DNA of 64,000 nt from the NCBI GenBank assembly GCA_030141605.1, contig JAQGDQ010000427.1, positions 62,001 to 126,000 on the forward strand. Direction: 5' to 3'. Both the position numbers and the translations under genes were made by a program. Below the pieces are notes generated by a model, which had not been told where the DNA came from, made no database searches, and saw nothing but the letters and a program-made list of their open reading frames with translations. Below are positions 38,377 to 50,660 of this stretch, in pieces (position 1 is the stretch's first letter; each line of letters begins with the position of its first letter). The stretch is from Tubiluchus corallicola. Taxonomy: Eukaryota > Animalia > Priapulida.

Positions 38377-41359
38377 TTGAAGGAGGAATACCACGAAAAT
38401 CAAGTTGATCTTATTTTATAACTGACTTACACAACAGTAATTTGACAGAAAATTTTTAGCGCCTCGTTACGTAATAATTGAGTAATTAATTTATTTCTAT
38501 CACGCGGGAAAAGTCATGGAACGCTCTTTGCGAATCTCCCGGGGAAACCTGCGAAACAGCGCAGTTTGCGCAGCTACGTCACAGGCAGTATGGCGGTAGA
38601 GCGGTACATTAGTCATTACGATGTATTTGTTTACAGCTTTTATAGTTGATTTACTGTACTTGATCTTGTCTCAGACAGTATGTCAGCTGATAAAATTGTC
38701 ATTACATGCCTTCGCCTCATTATTGGAATTCCGTGAAGTTTGTAAGACAAAAACAATTATTTTTCGTGAAAATTCTAAGTGCATACAAGAACAATAATAA
38801 TACTTCAACAAATGTGTGATCTCAGAGAGAAGTTGCGCAACAAGTTGCGAGAAAATTTGCCAAACCGTTCACATGTTGCAACGAGCTGCGAGAGAAGTTT
38901 CTACGTCTGAACGCGCCATTATGATGTAAAATTTCTGTCAAATTAATTTCGATAGGCCAGGAAATAAAAGAAATAGAATAGATTGTCTAATGCAAGCCAA
39001 ATTTTTCTATATTTCTGTGAAAAATAAATGTCCCTATAGCAGTTTATGTTTGTTTATTTGCATCATCTGACTCTAGCTGTTCTCACTTTTCTCAAGAAAC
39101 AACAAAGAAATACATTATAAACCAAATCTATTGTTTTTCCCTGTTAATGATGACAACTCTCAGGAGAGATCTCTCGTATTTCAAACACATGTATTTATTT
39201 ACTTCATTTACTTTGCATAAATGCAGCTCAGTACAAGTTTTACAATAGAACGAATGGTTCATAAAAAACAATTCGTGGTACACACGAAAATTAGTAATTT
39301 AATGAGTTAAATGTCTGCAAACTAAAAAAGTAAAAAATTAGGTCTATTAAAGGTGCAGTTTGCAGATTTACTTTCACATCAGTAATAAATCTTGAAAAAG
39401 TATTGTCAGTGCCACATCAAGTAGTTAACAAAGTTAAAGAACATTGTCATAAATTGAAATAATTACAGTCTGATGTCAGTAATACTTTGAAAATTCAAAC
39501 GCAAAATTGCTGTAAGCATGTAAATTTAATATCCGACTTGTCGGACTATGTCGGGTGAAAGTCGGGAATTGGTCAACTTTTCGTGCGACAGTCTACCAGC
39601 TTTTCGGATAGCAGCCAATAGCAACGCTTCTTGCGTTCACGTAACATTTTATAGACTTAATTTTAATACAAATAACGTATAAGGACAGACAATGCTGTAT
39701 AAAAATGGTCAACGACAGGCCCTGGTCCTCTACGGAAATAGAATCTCTAACAGATTCATATAGAAAGCACGAATTCTTTTACAATACAAAAGTAAACAGT
39801 ATAAGAACAGAAATTGCCGCACGCAGAAATGTTTAAATTCCCGGACTGGTTTTGCCGACTTTGTCGTCCAACAAAATCGGATGAAGGTCCGAAAGTCGGC
39901 ATTATGAGTAAGAATTATTACCACATAAACACAATTTCACGTTCGCGCCACTAGTTCTTCACTTTACATGCATTTCGCCATTCGTAAGTTAGACGGGTAT
40001 TAGCACTTGCATTTTGGAAACGCATTACACAAAAAACAGGTGTTGTACCTCTCAGTTCAGATGTGTTAGTTTCTGACGAACTATACACGTTCAACAGCGT
40101 GTGCACAGCGGTAAATTTGAATTTTTATCTCAAAACTTGCTTAGTTTTAATACAACACACTGAATGTCTGACAGAAGCACTGTACTCTAATTTTCGCTTT
40201 TGTGAACACGTGCAACACGCTCGTAGAATATTTTTTCTGTTGAAAATTATGTTAGTTTGTGATGTCATAAATAATCGGGCTCGCCCGCCATTACTAAGAT
40301 TTTAAAATCTTAATTTAATTATAAGAAACGCTTTTGCAGTATTAATCATGTTAAAATGTATACTTTTATCGGAACTTGAAAAATATGTGAAAAATCATTC
40401 TTCTTTTAAACTACAGCAAACTTCAGCGAACAGCAGCTACTGATATTGACAAACAAACGATTACTATGGAACTACGCTGGCTGGTACGTCACTCCAATGT
40501 TGCTCACGTGACCAGGCAATTTTCTCGCCAGGGGGGCGGCTGAAGGTCCATACTCAATTGCGGCACAAGTAAGCGCGAGTTTTAAATTTAATTTTATGCG
40601 AACTTATGTGACTAAATGTGGCATTTGTGTCAAGAATGAGGTATGTATTAGCATTCGCAATACATTCAAGAGTTAATGAAACTCAACTTGATTTTGATTA
40701 TGTTTCACCGTTTGAAATTAATGTATTTGATATCGTGTTGTTTCTTCAATGGATTAAATAATGTGTAAAGTTAAAGGGGAGAAATGGGAATTTTTTAGTA
40801 TTTTCAGTACAAAGTAATATTTATTAGAATTACGATTACCTATTGGAAAGACGTATGTAATCGAAAAAATTCTTTACAATTTAAAATATTTGTGCCAGTT
40901 GGATGAAAGGCCTACCCAGTGTGCAACACTGATTCACCATAGGAGACATTATTGATCTTATTGATAATATTACGGAATTTAAACTTTTGCTAGTACGAAT
41001 GGCGTGATTATTTTTTCAAACAATGTTATCTAAACTTTTTTCAAACAACAACGGCTGCACGTAACGGTCATGACGGCAGTCTAAATTTCCTACTTTTATA
41101 CTACTTCTATAGCAGTATGCAAAATTTCAACACAATGTTTTAAGCTTTACCTATGAAGCTTGTTTTCTTGTACTTTAACAGTGAGTGAAATAAAAAAATG
41201 TAAATATTAACGAAAAATAAAATAAGAAAGTGAAAAATCGGTATTTGCAAAATGAGAAAAAGAAATTATTGGTTGTAATAACTTATTACTACTCTCATTA
41301 ACAGCATTTCAGCTACAATTCTGTTGACGAAGATTACAGGCGAATATTTTATTAACTTT

Positions 41360-41810
41360 TATAGTTAAAAACAACACAACAATTTTATTAAAACTTTTTA
41401 ATTGAAAAGTTAAAATCATGCCAAACGTTTCAACAGGCTGCTGCTGTCATCATCAGTGGTAAATTTAAAAACGTACAACCAGTTTATGTAAACAGAACCT
41501 ATTATACACTAATTATGCATTTTCAAAAACAAAATAGGTAATAACTAAGCAAACTTGAAGAAAAGAAATTGATACAGCAAATTATGCACTAATTATGTAT
41601 TTACAAAAACAAAATACGTAATGACTAAACAAGCCTGAAGAAAAGAAATTGATACAGTAACAAATAGCTGAGTGTTTGAAAATAAAGTTAAAGGAAATGA
41701 ACTGCTTTGTACAATAAGAGAAGTCTTATTAGGGTACATAGATAAACTCTCTTTTATTACCCTAATGTACTCTAATTATGTACCGTTATGTCGAAGTAGA
41801 GCAGCGGCCA
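41360..41810 (-). mobile_element. Penelope-like element 3' fragment (GIY-YIG C-terminus, 3' UTR/pLTR, AATAAA)
   Basis: Minus-strand IKEFIY/NKTSLIVQSSSFPLTLF resembles the Penelope endonuclease tail IKE...I...P.LN.Q..S.PL.LF; hammerhead motif and poly(A) signal lie downstream. Confidence 0.65.
41421..41459 (-). ncRNA. Minimal type I hammerhead ribozyme (Penelope type)
   Basis: CCA-CUGAUGA-U-GACAG-cagcagc-CUGUU-GAAAC-GUU-UGG: both catalytic boxes intact, stem II GACAG/CUGUU, stem I CCA/UGG, palindromic AACGUU stem III. Confidence 0.7.
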
Positions 41811-42862
41811 TTACGTTTCCGCTTTGCCAGTTCTAGTACAACGTGCCATAACTTTAGAAAAAGCTTCTGATACAGGCAGTCCTTCTGATTTGTGTAAAAG
41901 AATGTTGTTTAGCTGTTTAACTGCAGACACATCACTACACGATGAACCATCAGTTTTTTGTACTGATAATCGCCGACAAAGTTGTCGTTCCTTTCTGACG
42001 GATTTTCTCAGGTATTTTTTCTTGGAGAATAAAGTGACAATGAAGAATCTGTCTGCTTTGATGTACATGACTTTTCATTTTCAGGAGTTGCGTCCTGGTG
42101 ATGATTTTCCATTTCAGCTGTGTCAAAGACTCTACGTTTTTTTGCATCATTAGCAACAAAAGAATGTAGAACTGGTGGTCTTCTTCTTGGCAACACTGTT
42201 GAAGATGGATTTTTCAGCTGCTGAAACAATGTCGACTTGCCTACATTTGCTTTTAGGCGAGTTTTCAGGTTACATGTATTTTGAAACATTATATCTTCAA
42301 AGTGGGTAACACATAGTCGGTTAGTTTTGTGTATCGCTTCTTGACCTTTTTTCAACAGATCTCACTGCCAACAAAGTTGAGTCCACTCTTTTGACCTAAA
42401 AATTAGAAGGATTAAATATTTTATCAAGCAACCAAAAATTTTGTTGGCTGTACATTTCAAAAAATAATAGTGTATACTGCATAGGATAGTTCTTGCAAAC
42501 TAATTTGGTTTATATGATTCTCAGAGTTCAAAGTTTTATTTACTATCCAACGCCAATTTAGTTAGTAGTATAGTGGACTAGATGGTATTATACCTGGTAT
42601 TAATTACTGCAAATTATTACTTAAGTACATTTTCGAATTTGGCTTCTTAGCTTGCTACTCTACAAACGAACAATAGTAGTAAGCCCAGTAAAATAAATTA
42701 TTTTTACAGCAGATGCAAATGATTTTAACTGAAAAGGTAACAATAACAAAATTATTTTAAGAGCAAAATTACAGACCTCTTGTCATATCGAGAAAATCTA
42801 CAAAAGCTGGCCTCTTTATTGTCGAGATGATCATTTTTGCAACCCACGACAGAACACCACAT
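41811..42862 (-). pseudogene. Two-exon THAP-domain gene remnant, probably a transposase N-terminus
   Basis: Exon 1 (42862-42777) MWCSVVGCKNDHLDNKEASFCRFSRYDK; GT-AG intron 42776-42396; exon 2 RSKEWTQLCWQ*DLLKKGQEAIHKTNRLCVTHFEDIMF...RLKANVGKSTLF gives a C2CH THAP finger with conserved W; in-frame TGA at 42362-42364 and a probable frameshift near 42015. Confidence 0.8.
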
Positions 42863-44839
42863 TACACCAGAATATCTACTGGTATCATTTTTTTTAATTT
42901 GGTAAATGCACAGTAATCACGATCTTCCGTTTCCGGTGATTAAGCTTAAAGTCAGCGTTCAAAATTTCCAAAATAAATTAACTAAAATGCAGCTAAATCT
43001 TTACATGAACAAACAAAATGTCGAATTCTACCGGGCTAAGGCTCGCGCATGCGCGGGCCCAAAAAGCCACACTGGCACATGCGGAGTGTCCTAACTGTAT
43101 GTACTATTATTGAAACTGTGATATGGCTTTCGCGCAATACTGGCTGTGACGTAGCTGCGCAGACAGCGCTATTTCGCAGTTTTTCCCCGGTAGAGGCGCA
43201 AAGAGCGCTCCACGACTTTTCCCGCGGGATAAAATAAATAAATTACTAAGTAACGCAGTGCTAAATTTTTTTCCCAAATTACCGTCGTGTGAGTCAGTTG
43301 TAAAATAAGTTCAACTTTAATTTTCGTGATATTCCTCCTTTAATGTAGTCTAATGTGGACGATCATTTAACATAGCCGACCTCAGCCGGTTTGTGTATTT
43401 CAGCATTGTATCATAGGCTTTAGTGTCCAAGTCAAACACAGATGAACGAAAGTGTAGCATCATATTGTAGGCCTTGACGTATGAGGCATGAGTCTAATAA
43501 TAATTTCACAATTTTAGGATTCTGGTAACACTTGCGATAGCTTGCAATTGAAACTTTCAACTTGTGCATTTTAGATACAAGACCTTTTTAATTTTCAAAT
43601 GTTATTTGCCATTTTCCAGCTGACCTAAAGTAGGTCTATCACTGCTGAACCCAAGTGAAAACGCTGTTTACAATTTCGCCAAAGTATACATTTTAAATGC
43701 ATGAATTTTTTTGACGAATAGTGGTTAGGCTTTTGCTTTAAAAGTGCCGACTAAATCAAATACATATTATTCCCGTACCTAAATCTGGGTAAAGTTATTT
43801 AATTTAAAAATTTTACCTTAACTAAAATAAAAGCTTACCTGTGAAATTTTTTCGTTTAACACAAAATTTTTAGCTAAATTTGAAGCAGAGCAACTGACTT
43901 ATATATAACAACTGAAACATTCTGTCAAATTTGATCGCGCACCATGCAAGCCGCCATAATTATGACCATAGAAGCTTTATGCGCAGATCACGTGTTATTC
44001 TCGCTCACTCGGCGCCAATGCTGCAAAAAACATGGCGGCCTTAAAGCAAAACCCGACCCAATGTTAAAGTGTAGGTCAACACAACCTGTTCTTTAAAACA
44101 TTAAAAGGAAACATACTATTTTTAAAGAATGAGTTACGTGAAATAATTATTACCTACACAATCACAATTTCACGTTTGCGCCACTAGTTATTCGTTGTTA
44201 CATGCATTTCGCTATTTGCTAGTTAGACGGGCACTAGTGCTGCATTTCGGAAAGCGTTGCGCAAAAAACAGGTGCTGTACGTCTCAGTTCAGATGTATTA
44301 GTTTGTGATGAACTGCACACGTTCGACAGCTCATGCGTAACTGCAGCTTAATTTTTATCTTAAAACTTGCAGTGTTTTAGTACAACACACTGAACCTCTT
44401 ACAGTAGCACTGTACTTCAATATTCTCCCATTCAGTAATTAATTTATCGATATCCAGTTAAACTTCATTAAATTTTGCATATTCTTGTGTGACAAATTTC
44501 TCTGACTCACTAAACACTTTTGTTACATTCACACCTCCAAACATGCTTTAATTTTAAAATAATTATTATAATAAACTATCAAATTATTATAATATTAGTA
44601 TAAATCAATTATTATGGTAATCTTACTTGCAACAACAACGAGACTAATTATTTTCTGGAAGTTGCAAATTTAATACGATGGTGCGAATAGAATAATTTAG
44701 AACTGAATGTTTCGAAAACAAAAGAAATTATCGTAGATTTTAGAAAGAAGTCTGTTGGAAAAGCATCTTTACATATAAATAAAACAGATGTAAAAAATTG
44801 TTCAAGATTTGTTGCAATAATGACAATAGATTGCTTATT

Positions 44840-45325
44840 TATTTACTTACTTACTTACTTACCTACGCTACCTACCTCCCTACCTACCTGCCTGACTGCC
44901 TACCTACCTACCTACCTGCCTACCTACCTACATACCTACCTACCTACCTACCTACCTACCTACCTACCTACCTACCTACCTACCTACCTGCCTGCCTACC
45001 TACCTATCTACCTACTTTCCTACCTACCTCTCAACCTACCTACCTACCTACTATTTACCTACCTCCCTACCTCCCTACCTACCTGCCTGCCTGCCTACCT
45101 ACCTACCTACCTACCTACCTACCTACCTACCTGCCTGCCTACCTACCTATCTACCTACTTTCCTACCTACCTCCTACCTACCTACCTACCTGCCTACCTA
45201 CCTACCTACCTATCTACCTACCTACCTACCTATCTACCTACTTTCCTACTTTCCTACCTACCTACCTATCTACCTACCTAACGTACCTACCTACCTATCT
45301 ACCTACCTACCTACCTACTTACTTA
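44840..45325. repeat. (CTAC)n tetranucleotide microsatellite
   Basis: Direct reading; explains the LPTY ORFs. Confidence 0.97.
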
Positions 45326-46019
45326 TTATAAATTCGCCTTATAATGTGGTCTAACTGTGCAAGTAATTTTCATGTAACCATTTCAAGAGGCTTACCTCAA
45401 ATTAACGCAATTTGCTTCTCTTGCTTGTGAAAACAATCACGGTTAACTTTCCCGCGCAATTATGGTTAAAACAACAGCAGCAGTCCACAAAACACTCACC
45501 GCGTATTGAATAATCCGTAACTAACATTTTGTTATAACAAAAACTATAATTTCTTTTCAAAAAAAATGTTGCTTATTAGTTACACCACCAAACCTGATTT
45601 GATTCTCTGAATTCTATATTAAGGTTGCCAGGTTAATTAGTTGATGTGAACATATGGCAGCTTCTATTTACAACTAATAGGAGTAAAGCAATAATAATTA
45701 CTGCATTAATTATTTTTCTAGCATAATTTTTTACGAACTTCTGTCATCATCCTTTAGACAAAGACTCAGTACAGAATTAAGTGTCAATTATCAATTATTA
45801 CAATGTTGGAAGTACTCGCATGGTGGCGCCACCTTACAGTACAGCTGTTGTTCTGTAAATTGGCCACAGTAACTCTGGATGCTGTTATATGTTTGATTTG
45901 TCAATGTCTGACATACCAGGTCATTTTCTTTGAGTTTTATAATAGAATTTGATAAAGCACAAAATGTAAAACAAGCTGAAATTGAATGTTGAAAATGTTG
46001 AAAATCCATCTTTTTACAT

Positions 46020-46395
46020 ATAGATTAGTGTCAAAAACACATACAACACAAGAAAAAAAAGTAGACATACATACAATTTTAATTTTGAAATATAATGAAA
46101 ATAGGCAAACAAAACAACAATAATAAAACAAATATTATTAAATCTTCCTGTTATTTAAATGAAAAGTTTAATGATTAGTATTTAAAATAAATTGTCATTC
46201 ATAAGGCCTCATTTTTAATAATATGGTCACATAGTATATTTTTCATCATGTCTTAAAAACGGTTTTTCAACATAATTAATAAATGCGTTAATTATTTCTA
46301 AATCATTACTTCCAATCAAGAATAAAAATTTATCAGCATCGTTCATAGTAAAAAATTCTGGTATAATCACATTGATGTGATTATATGTAATAGTA
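46020..46395 (-). mobile_element. Possible LINE 3' remnant abutting the (AAT)n tract
   Basis: IIPEFFTMNDADKFLFLIGSNDLEIINAFINYV resembles RTE-X/CR1-group C-termini; no catalytic motif is present. Confidence 0.3.
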
Positions 46396-46403
46396 ACAAC
46401 AAC

Positions 46404-46475
<72 letters not shown>

Positions 46476-46496
46476 TAATAATAATAATAATAATAG

Positions 46497-46558
<62 letters not shown>
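46395..46558. repeat. (AAT)n microsatellite
   Basis: Direct reading. Confidence 0.97.
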
Positions 46559-47019
46559 TTAAAATTTCAACTATTGTTGATCTCAAAATTACGCTACTTA
46601 CTTAGTTAGTTTTTCTTTTCAATGTTTTTTTTGCATTTATGAGACAAAAACGCAGAAATGGCATTTGAAAAGAAATTATACAAAGTCCACAGATTTACAT
46701 GCGGGGATCGCAGGAAACCCCTTTAAACCCTTTAAACCCCTTTTCTTTTCAACAGTGTACTCTTCTATTACTGAGGATAGCACAGCCCTTTCTCAGTGTC
46801 CAACTTATAACCTACAGAAGACAGTACACAGAAACGAAGGTGTTTGGGACACAGCATAAAAATATCAGATCTATTTCAAGGTCACTAGAAACTTAATTGC
46901 TAATTAACTACATTTCTTTTAAATTAGTATTCTCTCAGTAGGTCAAGTCGCTTAAATGTGGAATGTTTTTTCAAGTACGAAAAAAATTACATACTGTTCT
47001 ACACCTGGAAAACAATTTT

Positions 47020-47500
47020 TCTGAGTGAATTTGCATGTTGTTAAATTCACCCACCCTTGTAAATTGGATAAACAGAGCATTCCAAACTATTTTAGACATT
47101 CAAATTTATTTAACAGGATACTTACATCGGCAACATAAATTAAAAATTGAATTGATTATCTACTATCATAAAACTAGTCTAATAAGGGAACGAAATAACA
47201 AATTTGAAGCAAAGTGTAAAAATTTTTTGCTAGAAATGGCTGCAGTAATATTATTAAATACAGACCTAATTGTGTAGATTAAATTATATTATTGACAGCT
47301 GCTGGAAAACCTCTATTACTGCAATCAGAAAAAACAAAAAGGTTATTTTAAATATCTTTAGTAGTAAAAATATAAATGTAAATATACGCGAGATGCCAAT
47401 AATGTTGGCAAGTTGCCAACAGCAGCTGTTGCGCAACAACATGGCGTCATTGAGCGTCACGCGTTCGAAGTATTGTTTCGTATATTAAGCTACAATCTCT
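47020..47500. repeat. ~480-bp repeat with an inverted copy at ~50680-51170
   Basis: CAACATGGCGTCATTGAGCGTCACGCGTTCGAAGTATTGTT matches the reverse complement of 50702-50745; both copies contain the palindrome GTTGGCAA-G-TTGCCAAC. Confidence 0.85.
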
Positions 47501-48159
47501 TAAGTTCTCTCTCGAAGTTCTCCAAGCCACCATTGTTAAAGGACAAGAAAAGGGGCACCTGAAGTAGGTTTCAGAAAAATCGCCTTAAAATTATATTACT
47601 TTATAGCAAATTTACGCGTATATCGCACTCGCATTGAAAGGATTTTTTGTTTGTTTTCATTTGAAATCTCAAAAGATACTGCTCCGACGACGCCATTGCG
47701 TGACGTCACTTATGGAAAAACGTAAATCAGGGGAAGAAAGGGAAATGCTAAACTATGTCCCAAAAAACTTTCCAAGCAAAATTATGTTACTTTGCATTTC
47801 GGTTACCTGCTTGAAAGACTTATGTAATTAGAAAAAAAGTAGTAATTATTTAAAATCCTTTTACCAATTGGCAAAATGTCGCTGACTCACCTCCAGTGTG
47901 CACCACTCACTAACCAAAAACAAATGAAAAAATGGCAAAGTTTTATTTTACATAAATGAGAACAACGAGGCAAACTGAACGATTTACAAAATTATTCTTA
48001 AACGAGTAAAGCGGCCTTTTACCAGACATCCGCAATCCGTTATTGCGTAAAAATCGTTTACATTGTTTTCAGTGCAGCCGTTTAACAGACTTGTGTTATG
48101 CTGCGTTGTTTTCTGTATTTTTTTCTAGTGACTTTTTATACCCAGTTGGATACGCAACA

Positions 48160-48610
48160 AAACATAACGAACTCCGGATGTCTGATGAACGTCGCATTAC
48201 ACAATAAATCGCAAAGTAAATGTAAATTCGCATAGCGCAATAACGCAAAACGAATTCCGGATGTGTGATAAACACCGCATTACAGAATAATTCGCAATTC
48301 GCATAGCGCAATAACGAATAACGAATTCCGGATGTGTGATAAACACCGCATTACAGAATAATTCGCAATTCACATAGCGCAATAACGCAAAACGAATTCC
48401 AGATGTGTGATAAACACCGCATTACAGAATAATTCACAATTCGCATAGCGCAATAACGCAAAACGAATTCCAGATGTGTGATAAACACCCCATTACAGAA
48501 TAATTCGCAATTCGCATTGCGCAATAACGCAATAACGCAAAACGAATTCCGGATGTCTGAGAAACACCGCATTGCAGAGTAATTCACAATGTAAATATAA
48601 ATTCACATAG
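48160..48610. repeat. 71-bp minisatellite (~5-6 units), probably inside a Harbinger-like MITE starting ~48010
   Basis: CGCATAGCGCAATAACGCAAAACGAATTCCGGATGTGTGATAAACACCGCATTACAGAATAATTCGCAATT at 48229 and 48300. Confidence 0.9.
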
Positions 48611-49284
48611 CGCAAATCACAACATCGCAATAGAAGCGTCTCACGTTTTGCGCAAAGAAGAAATTCGTTTAGCGCAAAATAATGGGCGTGGCTTCATTTG
48701 AACAACAAAATATAAAAGAAGCCCAACAAACCAAGTGAATCATGTGACGTGAAAGTTTGACCTTTACATGATTTTAGTCTAACGCGTAATTTATTTGCAA
48801 AGTCTTTAGTGAATGTGTGAATGTTTAAAATGTGAAGAGCAAACGTGTATTTGTTTACGCGAAGTGTTTAAATTTTGAATCAGACGTTTGTTTATTAGAT
48901 GTTTATTTTCGCATGGAATAAATGTTTGCGGCGCAACGCGTTTGGCGTTAAAACGTAGCTGAGAAAAACAACAAGCGGCCAAAGTGTTATTTTGTAAAAC
49001 TTCTTTTGTTCGGGAACAGCGTTCTATATTGAAAAATAAAGGTTTCTCGGTAGTATGTTAATTTGAATTCTGAGGCGGTTTAATCATCTGTATGATTATT
49101 TTGATAACCTATTTAAGTTTTTGCTTGTGTCTCAGAATTAGTTTGTCCACAGACCCCCCGTCTTGGGTTGGTGAACTTGCTGTGCAGCACAATAAGCAAA
49201 AAAGGATGAAGTCCATCGTTTTGCCTTAATCCTTAAGTCAGTTGGGTAATCTTGGCTGACTAGTATACTTGACTGGTACTTGGC

Positions 49285-49745
49285 AGAGTAAAAATGGCAC
49301 AGATAAAATGGCACAAATCGAAAAGTAGGTAAAATGACACAAGTAAAAATGGCACAGGAAAATGGCACAGGTAAAACGGCGCTGTAAAAATGGTACTGAG
49401 AAAATGGCACAAATCGATGTGTAGGTAAAAATTGCACAGGCAAAAATGACACAGGAAAAAATAGAACAGGAAAAATTGTTTTTTAAAAATGGCACAGGAA
49501 AAAATAGAACAGAAAAAATTGTTTGGTAAAAATGGCACAGGAAAAAATAGAACAGAAAAAATTGTTTGGTAAAAATGTCACAGGAAAAATGGTGCAGTAA
49601 AATTGCGCAGCAAAAATGGCACTGAGATAATGGCACAAATCGAAAAGTAGGCAAAATGACACGGGTAAAGATGGCACAGCAAAAAATAGCGCAGGAAAAG
49701 ATGGTACGGTAAAAATGGTACAGGAAAGAATGTACGGCACAATTA
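49285..49745. repeat. Degenerate AAAATGGCACAG short-period tandem repeat
   Basis: Direct reading; explains the Phe/Cys-rich minus-strand ORFs. Confidence 0.9.
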
Positions 49746-50507
49746 GTAAAATATGTTAAGGGTTAGAGTTATAGTGGCGGATAATTATTTTAGTTATTTT
49801 TACATTGCTAAAGAAATTATCATTCAGCAGAATTTGTTTGATCGTTTGTTTGTGTGTGTTTGCTTGTTTGTTTGATTGTTTCTTGTCTGTTATGGCAGCC
49901 AGTAAGCCTATTACGAAAGAAATACCTAACAGATTTCCAGGAAACTTTGTGAAGAAAGGCGGGTATTGGCTGCCAAAATGGGAATCTTTTCACCGGTTCT
50001 TTTTTCCCAAAACTTGACCAAACACCACGTTCAAAAGTCTCAGAGGGAGTGTTTAGTATTTCTTTTTTGTTACCTCCACCTGGACAAACAACTACAAGTT
50101 AATTCCAGGTTCCATTTCGAGAAATTCTTGCTTGCAAAACTGTGTAACGTTGTCTATGACCTTTGCTTGTTAATGTGTATAGCCTTATAAGTACGTAAAT
50201 ATGTATATATTTGTCAATCTATTACCATCGCCATAACTAATGGTTAAAGGGTAGACAAACACTATGTGGAACATCCGTGCATTACTGATTATAAATCTAT
50301 TTAATGAACAAATATTTTGTCAGTTTTTTGCCAGTCTATGCAATACCAATACAGGTACATTTTGTATGTTTGCTTGTTTATCACAGCGTTAAATTTTTTT
50401 AATCAAAAGATCTGCTTCTTACTGAGCGCATTCTAGTTTTATAAAATAAATCAATTAAATCAAAATAATACATATGTACCATTTTTACAGCTTTTGCATT
50501 TGTGCTG

Positions 50508-50510
<3 letters not shown>

Positions 50511-50545
<35 letters not shown>

Positions 50546-50566
50546 CGTGCGTGCGTGTGTGTGTGC

Positions 50567-50610
<44 letters not shown>

Positions 50611-50660
50611 GTGTGTGTGTGTGTTTGTGTGTGTATGTGTGTGTACGTGTGTGTGTGTGC
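50511..50660. repeat. (GT)n/(GTGC)n microsatellite
   Basis: Direct reading; similar tracts at 10560-10630 and 33005-33125. Confidence 0.97.

Larger units (their letters stand above)
38381..43339. mobile_element. ~4.96-kb segment bracketed by ~230-bp inverted Kolobok-like ends; contains the THAP gene remnant
   Basis: Left TTGA|AGGAGGAATACCACGAAAATC..., right ...TTTTCGTGATATTCCTCCT|TTAA; inverted similarity extends through the GCGCAGCTACGTCACAG motif. Confidence 0.45.

Noticed and set aside
44798-45331. LPTY-repeat ORFs (also the SLSL, HTHT, CVCV, poly-N, poly-L and poly-I ORFs elsewhere)
   Set aside because: Microsatellite translations
49755-49780. TAAGGGTTAGAGTTA as an interstitial telomere repeat
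   Set aside because: Only about two degenerate units; such motifs are common inside non-autonomous DNA elements
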